Positions 54,372 through 64,000 of a stretch of DNA of 64,000 nt are shown here, piece by piece (positions within the stretch are counted from its first letter, which is position 1; every line of letters starts with the position of its first letter). Location: the NCBI GenBank assembly GCA_965204725.1, contig OZ242005.1:3616001-3680000 (forward strand), read 5' to 3'. This stretch comes from Candidatus Latescibacterota bacterium (lineage in GTDB: Bacteria; Latescibacterota; UBA2968; UBA8231). The notes beneath the pieces were generated by a model. That model did no database searches and was not told where the DNA came from. It saw nothing but the letters and a program-made list of their open reading frames with translations. The position numbers and the translations under genes were made by a program.

Positions 54372-55442
54372 ATGAACCGCTGGCAAAACATATTCACCTA
54401 TAAAAAGACCAAGCGTCTGACGCAAATGGTTGCTTGCGGCGGCTGAGCCTCCAAGCTGCGCCCCAGCGAGTTGGGGCGTGCGCTGGCAGGCTTGCCGGCG
54501 ACCCGCGATCCCAATCTGCTCGTCGGCTTCAACCAATTCGACGACGCCGGCGTCTATCGCCTCAACGAGCGCGAGGCCCTCGTGCAGACCGTCGATTTCT
54601 TTACCCCCATCATCGACGACCCCTATACCTTTGGGGCCATTGCCGCGGCCAACGCGCTCAGCGACGTGTACGCCATGGGCGGGCAACCCCTCACCGCACT
54701 CAATATCGCCTGTTTCCCCGCCAACGAGCTCGAGCCGGAGGTACTCAACCAAATCCTCCTCGGCGGCCAATCCAAGGTCAGCGAAGCCGGCGGCACCCTC
54801 GTCGGCGGCCACACCGTGCAAGACCCAGAGCTCAAGTACGGCCTCGCCGTCACCGGCCTCATCCGCCTCGACCGCATCTATACCAACGCCGGCGCCCAGC
54901 CCGGCGACCGCCTTATCCTCAGCAAGAAGCTGGGCACTGGCCTCATCGCCAACGCCTTTAAGGCCGGGCACCTCGCCGAAGCCGACCTCGCCGAAGCCGT
55001 GGAATCCATGCTCGCGCTCAACAAGGCCGCCGCCGAAACCCTACCCGACTTCGCCGTCCACGCCTGCACCGACGTCACTGGCTTCGGTCTCTTGGGGCAC
55101 GCCGCGGAAATGGCCGAGGGCAGCCAAGTGGGCATGACTTTTTACGCGGCCCGCGTTCCGGCCCTAGCGCACAGCCTAGCACTGGCCGCTAAGGGCCTCC
55201 AAGGCGGCTCCCGCGACAACCAGCGTTTCTGGGAATCCAAAGTAACCGTCGCCGCCGGCGTCGATCCGGCCCGCGCCAACCTCCTCTTCGACGCCCAGAC
55301 CTCCGGCGGCCTGCTCATCGCCGTAGCCGCGGCTGAGGCTGAGGCCCTCCTCAACGCCCTTCGGCAAAACGGAGTGGAGGCCGCCGCGCTCGTCGGCGAG
55401 GTGACCGCGGAAAATCTCGGCCGCATCTTCGTCGAGCCGTGA
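54372..55442 (+). CDS. selD: Selenophosphate synthetase, itself a selenoprotein (Sec at TGA 54444-54446)
   Basis: KRLTQMVACGG-U-ASKL is in frame with the 54471 ORF. DDAGVY, TVDFFTP, ANALSDVYAMGG, DVTGFGLLGH and DAQTSGGLL motifs. Hairpin CGCCCCA-GCGAGT-TGGGGCG follows the UGA. Confidence 0.95.
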
Positions 55443-57737
<2,295 letters not shown>

Positions 57738-57771
57738 TCTCACAAGTACGCGTTTTCTTGACGTTGTGTCC

Positions 57772-57820
57772 GGGATCGAGGGCGTCCCGCCCTCGACGAG
57801 GGCAAGATGCCCTCGATCCT
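57772..57820. repeat. REP-like doublet hairpin of a second family
   Basis: GGATCGAGGGCGTCCCGCCCTCG-ACGAGGGCAAGATGCCCTCGATCC: two short palindromes within an outer inverted repeat. Confidence 0.6.
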
Positions 57821-57822
57821 GA

Positions 57823-57896
57823 GAGGCTGTCTGAAAACTCACCTTGGGTCGTGTTGAACAAGCCGATCCGTCATTCCCGCGAACGCGGGAATCCAG
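57823..57896. mobile_element. Partial MITE copy (left end) containing a REP hairpin at 57870-57896
   Basis: TGA|GAGGCTGTCTGAAAACTC..., then GATCCGTCATTCCCGCGAACGCGGGAATCCAG. Confidence 0.65.
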
Positions 57897-57996
57897 TCTT
57901 GAATGATGTAGGATTGCTATATCGCTCTGGAACGCTGTTGGGGGAGTATTGAGCATCCCCCAGCAGTCTCCACGTACTCCGCCGCATAGACCCACT

Positions 57997-59085
57997 ATGT
58001 CCCATCGCCCTCGCATCCTCTTCCTCGCCCGCCGCTACCCGCCCACCATCGGCGGCATCCAGACCCACTGCCACGCGCTCTATACTCGGCTGGTCCACCA
58101 CGCCCAAGTCCGCCTCGTCGCCTTGGGCCGCCAGTCGCTTTTGCACCTCGCTTGGTTCCTCCCCTATTGTTTTGTGGTCGCCTTTGGGGCCGTGCTCTTC
58201 CGCCGCGTCGATGCCGTGTACTTTGCCGACGGCGTCGCCGCAGCATTGGCACCCCTCCTGCGCCCCTTGGGGCCGGCGCGCTTCGTCACCACCGTCTATG
58301 GCCTCGAAATGACCTATAAAAATCCCCTCGCCCGCGCGCTGATGCACCGGGGAGTCCGCGCCTGCGACAAGGTCGTCGTCATCAGCGAACACAGCCGCCG
58401 CATTACCGCGGCGAGCGGCGTACCCGAGGCCAAGCTGGAGACCATCTATCTAGGGGTGGAGCCGCCGGAGTTAGCACCAGACGAGTTGGCCGCGGTCCGA
58501 GCGCGCTTTGAGGAGGAACACGGGCTGCGCTTTGGCCAAGACCGCGTCGTCCTGCTTTTTGGCCGCCAAGTCCCCCGCAAGGGCATGGTCGAGTTTTTGG
58601 CAAAGGGGATGCCCCTGCTCAGCGCGGATATTCGCCTCTTGATCGGCGGGCCTTCTGGCAGCGAAACCACGCGCTTGGAGGAGTGCTGTCAGTCGGGCCT
58701 AAAGGACCGCGTCGTCCTCCTCGGGCCGGTCCCCGACGATGTGTTGGCCATGTTGCGCGCCAGTTGCGACCTTTTCCTCATGCCCAACATCCACCTACCC
58801 GACGATGTCGAAGGCTTCGGCCAGACCCAACTCGAATGTATGTACGCCGGCACCCCGGCTGTGGCCTTTGCCGTCGATGCCCTGACCGAGAGCGTACGCG
58901 AGGGTGGATTCCTCGTCACCCCCGAGGACTACCCGGGCTTCGTCGAGCAGATCCATCGCTTCTTCGCGCTCGGCCCGGCTGAGCGCACTGCGCTAGGCCG
59001 CCAGTGCCGCGCTTACGTCCAGCGCGAATACTCCCCCCAAAAAATCGCCGCCCAGTACCTAGACCTTTTTACTGAAAGGGCCTAA
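57997..59085 (+). CDS. Glycosyltransferase family 4
   Basis: RRYPPTIGGIQ, FGRQVPRKG and DVEGFGQTQLE (EX7E). Confidence 0.88.
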   Translation: MSHRPRILFLARRYPPTIGGIQTHCHALYTRLVHHAQVRLVALGRQSLLHLAWFLPYCFVVAFGAVLFRRVDAVYFADGVAAALAPLLRPLGPARFVTTVYGLEMTYKNPLARALMHRGVRACDKVVVISEHSRRITAASGVPEAKLETIYLGVEPPELAPDELAAVRARFEEEHGLRFGQDRVVLLFGRQVPRKGMVEFLAKGMPLLSADIRLLIGGPSGSETTRLEECCQSGLKDRVVLLGPVPDDVLAMLRASCDLFLMPNIHLPDDVEGFGQTQLECMYAGTPAVAFAVDALTESVREGGFLVTPEDYPGFVEQIHRFFALGPAERTALGRQCRAYVQREYSPQKIAAQYLDLFTERA

Positions 59086-59090
59086 CCGCC

Positions 59091-60140
59091 ATGCACTTTA
59101 CCGAACTCGACACCCCTGCCCTCTGCGTTGATCTCGACGTACTAGAAAAAAACATCCGCGACTTGCAACGCGCCTGCGACCAACTCGAAATTGGCCTGCG
59201 CGTCCACACCAAGACCCACAAGACGCCGGCCATTGCGCGTCGGCAAATCGCCGCGGGGGCCATTGGCATTGTCAGCCAGAAGCTCGGGGAGGCCGAGGCC
59301 ATGGCCGACGGGGGCATCCAAGACATCCTCATTCCCTACAACATCGTCGGCCGGCCCAAGCTAGCCCGCCTGACGCGCCTGATCCAGAGCGGCAAGAGCA
59401 CCCTGACGGTCGCGGCCGACTCTGCGGTCACCGTTGACGGGCTGTCGCAGGCCGCCATGGCCGCCGGGTGCCGCATCCGCGCAATCGTCGAGATGGATAC
59501 GGGCGGCGGCCGCGTCGGCACCCAATCGCCCGCCGACACCCTCGCGCTAGCCCAGCACATCGACCAGTTGCCGGGGCTGGACTTTACCGGCGTTATGACC
59601 TATCCGAGCAGCGAGCGCGCTCGCCCCTTCCTCGACGAAGTGCGCGACCTAACGCAAAAAAGCGGCCTGCCTTTGCACATCATCAGCGGCGGCGGCACGG
59701 GCAGCGAAGCCATCTCCAAATCCCTCGGCTGCACTGAGACCCGCATCGGCTCGTATGCCTATGAGGGCATGACCCGCGTGGGCCAGCGCGCAGACCTCAA
59801 TCCGGCCCGCTGTCCGTTGCGCTTGGTCGTCGCCGTGGTCAGCACCTCTCGCCCGGGGCAAGCCATCGTCGATGCCGGCCAGAAGGCCTTCACCAGCTAT
59901 CCGCCGACTCCCTACGGCTATTGCATTGAGCAGCCTGAGCTTTTTATCAAAGGCATGTCCGTCGAGCACGGCCACATCGATACCACTTCCGCAAATCGTC
60001 CCATCAAAGTAGGCGACATCCTCTCTTTCATCCCCTTGCACGGCGGCATGACCACCAACCTCCACGACCACCTCTTCGCCCTCCGCAACGGCGAGGTCGT
60101 CGAAGAATGGGAAGTCGCCGGGCGGGGCCGAGGCCAGTAG
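59091..60140 (+). CDS. PLP-dependent fold-III enzyme (DSD1/D-threonine aldolase-like)
   Basis: LDTPALCVD, RVHTKTHK, SGGGTG, DAGQK, SVEHG and IPLH. Confidence 0.85.
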   Translation: MHFTELDTPALCVDLDVLEKNIRDLQRACDQLEIGLRVHTKTHKTPAIARRQIAAGAIGIVSQKLGEAEAMADGGIQDILIPYNIVGRPKLARLTRLIQSGKSTLTVAADSAVTVDGLSQAAMAAGCRIRAIVEMDTGGGRVGTQSPADTLALAQHIDQLPGLDFTGVMTYPSSERARPFLDEVRDLTQKSGLPLHIISGGGTGSEAISKSLGCTETRIGSYAYEGMTRVGQRADLNPARCPLRLVVAVVSTSRPGQAIVDAGQKAFTSYPPTPYGYCIEQPELFIKGMSVEHGHIDTTSANRPIKVGDILSFIPLHGGMTTNLHDHLFALRNGEVVEEWEVAGRGRGQ

Positions 60141-60189
60141 GGGCCAACTTAGAAACCCGATCCACCCCCCTTTTCACCGGAAGGACGCC

Positions 60190-61062
60190 ATGGAAATCCA
60201 ATCCCGACCGCAGATATTCGACGTCGATGAGCAAAACTTTGAAGAGCTGGTTCTCCAAGGCTCGCTAGAGCGCGTCATCGTCGTCGATTTTTGGGCCCCT
60301 TGGTGCGGCCCTTGCAAGACCTTAGGACCCATCCTCGAAGACGTCGTCACAGCACTCGGCCCCGGCGTGGCCCTAGCCAAGATCAATGTCGATGAAAACC
60401 AGCAGCTCGCCATGGCCTTTCGGGTCCAAGGCATCCCCGCGGTCAAAATCGTTAAAGACGGCCAACTCGCCCAAGAGTTTACCGGGGCACTGCCCAAGGA
60501 GCAGATCGAGGCCATTCTCCGGCCCTTGGTCCCCGACGCCGCCATCCCCGAAGCCCAAGCACTGGACCCAGCCGACGACCTAGCGGCCCTCGGCGATCTC
60601 GACGGGGCTACACGCCAGTACGAGAACGTGCTTCAAGAAAATCCAACCGACGGTCCCGCCCTCCTCGGCCTAGCGAAAATTCACCTCAAGCAGGGGTGCT
60701 TTGAAACTGTGCAGGAACTGGTCAATCTCGTCGAGACAAACACCCCCGAATACCCGCAGGCCCAAGCACTCCTCGCCCAGATCGGATTTGCCCACCAATG
60801 CCAGCAGGCTGGGGGCCGCGCCGCCTGCGCCCAGCGAACACTCGGCCAGCCAGACGATCCAGAGGCCCGCCACCTACTCGCCTGTTGCGCGGCCTCCGAG
60901 GGCGACTACGAAGCCGCGTTGCAGGAGTGGCTACACATCGTGGGAAAAAGATCAAACGGCGACCAAGCCAAGGACGCCATGGTCGCCATCTTCCATCTAC
61001 TCGGCCGCGACAACCCACTGGTCGCCTCCTACCAGCGCAAGCTCTACCAAGCTCTGTACTGA
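60190..61062 (+). CDS. Thioredoxin-TPR co-chaperone (YbbN/CnoX-like)
   Basis: DFWAPWCGPCK, TPR helices and C-terminal YQRKLYQALY. Confidence 0.9.
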   Translation: MEIQSRPQIFDVDEQNFEELVLQGSLERVIVVDFWAPWCGPCKTLGPILEDVVTALGPGVALAKINVDENQQLAMAFRVQGIPAVKIVKDGQLAQEFTGALPKEQIEAILRPLVPDAAIPEAQALDPADDLAALGDLDGATRQYENVLQENPTDGPALLGLAKIHLKQGCFETVQELVNLVETNTPEYPQAQALLAQIGFAHQCQQAGGRAACAQRTLGQPDDPEARHLLACCAASEGDYEAALQEWLHIVGKRSNGDQAKDAMVAIFHLLGRDNPLVASYQRKLYQALY

Positions 61063-61071
61063 GTGGCTCGG

Positions 61072-61842
61072 CTAGGCCGGGACCAGCGCCCCTGCACCAA
61101 AGATCATCGGATAGGCTTCGCCCGTGCGCACGGAACGTGCGGCTCCGTCCATGTAGGCGATGCTAAAGGCGCGGCGCGACGGACCCGTCGGGTTGGTTCC
61201 CGAGCGGTGCAGCAGCAGGTTGTTGAGCAAAATCGCCTCGCCCGCCTCGGCTTCGAGGTCGATCTCCGCTCCCGGCGGCGCGCATTCGGCTAGCTGCTCG
61301 GCCGAGGGAAAGTGCCTTTCGGTGATCACGCCGCGCTTGTGGCTGCCGGGCACCACCTGCATACAGCCGTTTGCGACCATCGCCGGATCGAGCGCGGTCC
61401 ACACCGTGATCGTCGGATTGTACCCCACGCCCCAGCCCACCCCCACGTCTTGATGCCAAGGCAGTACCGTGCCCTTTTCCGCCGGCTTGTTCATAAACAT
61501 CGCCCGGAAAATCGACACATCCTCGCCGATATAGCGCCGGGTGATCTGGCGGAAAAGCGGGTGCTGCATGTACGCGAGATAGACCGAATCCTGCTCTAGG
61601 CCCATGATCTTGCGGTACTGAAGCGTGGAACCCTTGTGGCCGGGGGAGACGGTGGGCATCTTCGCGTATTCGGCGTCCTCCCCGTCGAGCTGAAAGTCCA
61701 TCTCCGGGTACGGAATCTCCCCGAGCATGATCGCGTCAATGCGCTGCTGGAGTGCGGCCAGTCCCGCGTCGTCGAGCACCTTGCCGAGCCGCACGTAGCC
61801 GTGCTCTTCAAAGTAGATGTGGTGTTCGTCGCTGTATTTCAT
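61072..61842 (-). CDS. Phytanoyl-CoA dioxygenase (PhyH) family Fe(II)/2OG enzyme
   Basis: PWHQD, NGCMQVVPGSH and LLHRSGTN...RRA. Confidence 0.9.
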   Translation of the reverse strand: MKYSDEHHIYFEEHGYVRLGKVLDDAGLAALQQRIDAIMLGEIPYPEMDFQLDGEDAEYAKMPTVSPGHKGSTLQYRKIMGLEQDSVYLAYMQHPLFRQITRRYIGEDVSIFRAMFMNKPAEKGTVLPWHQDVGVGWGVGYNPTITVWTALDPAMVANGCMQVVPGSHKRGVITERHFPSAEQLAECAPPGAEIDLEAEAGEAILLNNLLLHRSGTNPTGPSRRAFSIAYMDGAARSVRTGEAYPMIFGAGALVPA

Positions 61843-61950
61843 TTGCTACTCCCTTCCGTTTTTCTATGAGATGAGCAATGTTCTCTCTTGTGTCAAATTT
61901 TCCTACCTTTCTACCCGCTCGTCCAGCCCGTCCCAAACGAGGAGTTGACC

Positions 61951-62793
61951 ATGACCACAGACTATAGGCCCTTCCCCGCGTTGACCCCATCCCAACGCCT
62001 GCACCTCGAAATCTATGGCTACGTCGTCCTCGAAAACCTCCTAACCCAAGCCGAAGTCGCCGCGCTTTTGGAGGGTATCTACCGGATTGAGGCCGATTTT
62101 CAGCGCACGGGCCGGCTGCCCGGAGCCAACTGCCATCTTTCCAGCTCGACCCAAGAATTCTTCCGCATCGACAACCTCCCCCATCTGGCTCCGTGTTTCT
62201 ACGACTATTTGACCCATCCTCGAATTTTGGGGATGGCCGAGGAGATCGTCGGCGGCACCGTCCGCCTAGAGCAGTCAGACGCCCATATCCGGCGGCCGGG
62301 CGGGGAGCAAAAGTATGGCTTCCATCGGGGCATTAACCCCGCCTATGCCCACACCGGCCAAGGTCTGTATCACTTCTCCTTTGTCAAGGCCCTCACCAAT
62401 CTTACGGATCTCGGCCCCGACGACGGCGGCACGACCGTCATTCCCGGAACCCATAAAATCCCCCAAGAGGTTGACCAGCAAGCGATCATCAACGCCGCTT
62501 TCGCCGACGCTGAGCTCGTTCACCAAGTCGAAGCACCGGCTGGGTCGACGCTGCTCTTTTACGAGTCCCTGATGCACTCTTCCGGCATCATCCGCTCGCA
62601 ACGAGACCGCGTCCTAATTCTCGGCGGCTACACCCCGACGATGTTCCAAGCGTGGAACGGCTACGATCCCGATCCCGAATTCGTCGCCGGCTTACCGGCC
62701 GAACGGGCGGCCTTGCTCACCGGCGGAGCCAAATACGGCTGGCAACGCAAAACGCGCGACCTAGCCACCCCTGCGGAGACTGCTTCCTCATGA
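61951..62793 (+). CDS. PhyH family Fe(II)/2OG enzyme with an HxG facial motif
   Basis: GFHRG, LTDLGPDDGGTTVIPGTH and LMHSS...R. Start placed at ATG 61951 after GAGGAG. Confidence 0.85.
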   Translation: MTTDYRPFPALTPSQRLHLEIYGYVVLENLLTQAEVAALLEGIYRIEADFQRTGRLPGANCHLSSSTQEFFRIDNLPHLAPCFYDYLTHPRILGMAEEIVGGTVRLEQSDAHIRRPGGEQKYGFHRGINPAYAHTGQGLYHFSFVKALTNLTDLGPDDGGTTVIPGTHKIPQEVDQQAIINAAFADAELVHQVEAPAGSTLLFYESLMHSSGIIRSQRDRVLILGGYTPTMFQAWNGYDPDPEFVAGLPAERAALLTGGAKYGWQRKTRDLATPAETASS

Positions 62794-64000
62794 ATAAACC
62801 CAACATCGTCTTCATCATCAGCGACGACCAAGGCCCTTGGGCCGCCGGTTGCTATGGCAACGCGGAAATCCGCACTCCGGCCATAGACCGCATCGCCCAG
62901 ACCGGCACGCGCTTTGACAACTTTTTCGTTGCGTCGCCGGTCTGCTCGCCAAGCCGGGCGACCTTTTTGACCGGGCGGATCCCCTCGCAACACGGGGTAC
63001 ACGACTGGATCAGAGAGGGCAACGTCGGCGAGACCGCAGCCGCTTACCTCGCCGGTGAGGTCGCTTATACCGATATCCTCGCTGCAAACGGCTGGGTCTG
63101 CGGCCTAAGCGGCAAGTGGCACTTAGGGCACAGCCAACGCGCCCAGCACGGCTTCGCGCATTGGTACGTGCATCAGCAGGGCGGCGGGCCATACAACGAC
63201 GCGCCCATGATCCGCAACGGCGAGCGGGTCACCGAGCGAGGCTACGTGACGACGGCGATCACCAACGACGCGCTGGCATTTATCGACCGGCACGCCGATG
63301 GCGACGCGCCCTTTTACCTAGGCGTCCACTACACTGCGCCGCACAGTCCGTGGACTGGCCACCCGCAAGAAATCGTCGATTCCTACGACAACTGCGCGTT
63401 CGACTCCTGTCCGCAGGAGGAGATCCACCCTTGGGCCGTGGGGAACCCGCTGAGCGAGCACTGCTTGGGCAACCGCGAGATGCTCAAGGGCTACTTCGCG
63501 GCGGTGACCGCGATGGACCGCGACATCGGGCGGATCATCGACAAGCTGGAGGAACGGGGGCTGCGCGAGGACACGCTAGTAATCTTCACCAGCGACAATG
63601 GCTTTAGCTGCGGCCACCACGGTTTCTGGGGCAAGGGCAATGGGACCTATCCGCCGAACATGTACGAAAATTCGATCAAGGTGCCCTTCGTCGTCAGCCA
63701 CCCCGGGCGCATACCTGCGGGAAGCGTCCAAGAGGGCATGGTCAGTGCCTATGATTTCATGCCGACCTTGCTCGATTATCTAGCCTTGCCGCTACCGGCA
63801 AACCTCGACGTACCCGGACAGAGCGTTCTGCCGCTGTTGTTGGGAGCGGGCGACCCCGGCCGGCCGGAGGTCGTGATCTACGACGAGTACGGGGCGACGC
63901 GGATGATGCGCACCGACGAGTGGAAGTACGTCCACCGCTATCCCGCTGGGCCACACGAGCTCTACGACCTAGCCAACGACCCGGGCGAGCGCACCAATTT
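62790..64000 (+). CDS. Formylglycine-dependent sulfatase (Cys type), truncated by the window end
   Basis: Not in the ORF track. MNKPNIVFIISDDQG...SPVCSPSRATFLTG, GKWHLG, APH and FTSDNG; ATG overlaps the PhyH stop. Confidence 0.93.
   Translation, partial: MNKPNIVFIISDDQGPWAAGCYGNAEIRTPAIDRIAQTGTRFDNFFVASPVCSPSRATFLTGRIPSQHGVHDWIREGNVGETAAAYLAGEVAYTDILAANGWVCGLSGKWHLGHSQRAQHGFAHWYVHQQGGGPYNDAPMIRNGERVTERGYVTTAITNDALAFIDRHADGDAPFYLGVHYTAPHSPWTGHPQEIVDSYDNCAFDSCPQEEIHPWAVGNPLSEHCLGNREMLKGYFAAVTAMDRDIGRIIDKLEERGLREDTLVIFTSDNGFSCGHHGFWGKGNGTYPPNMYENSIKVPFVVSHPGRIPAGSVQEGMVSAYDFMPTLLDYLALPLPANLDVPGQSVLPLLLGAGDPGRPEVVIYDEYGATRMMRTDEWKYVHRYPAGPHELYDLANDPGERTN

Overview
A 64-kb chromosomal window from a GC-rich, diderm, FCB-superphylum-type bacterium. 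Gene content suggests a Latescibacterota/Gemmatimonadota-like organism, possibly host- or sponge-associated; this is inference only. The left 41 kb is almost entirely on the minus strand. It carries housekeeping blocks (tsaD, ftsK-lolA, prfB with a +1 frameshift, lolE-lolD-mcsA-mcsB-clpC-bamA-skp-fabZ-pyrB, moaDE, hisGDB). An accessory surface region at 24-37 kb interrupts them: two large secreted proteins with cohesin-, dockerin- and Ig-like modules and FlgD/T9SS-like C-terminal domains behind a perfect sigma70 promoter, coiled-coil repeat membrane proteins, YfhO/GT4 glycosyltransferases, and a REP-containing MITE family. The right part encodes a hidden Rdx/SelW-like selenoprotein (CxxU) heading a TPR-rdgB-ABC exporter operon, guaB, a K+ channel, a decayed toxin-antitoxin pair, a Sec-containing SelD, katG, and catabolic enzymes (Gfo/Idh/MocA, MlrC, PhyH x2, sulfatase). 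Genes missed or truncated by the ORF track: rhaI (partial), a 38-aa basic protein, full-length prfB, the Rdx selenoprotein, full-length selD, and the sulfatase (partial). No rRNA, tRNA, CRISPR array, transposase or reverse transcriptase was recognised. All family assignments come from motif recognition by eye, not database searches.
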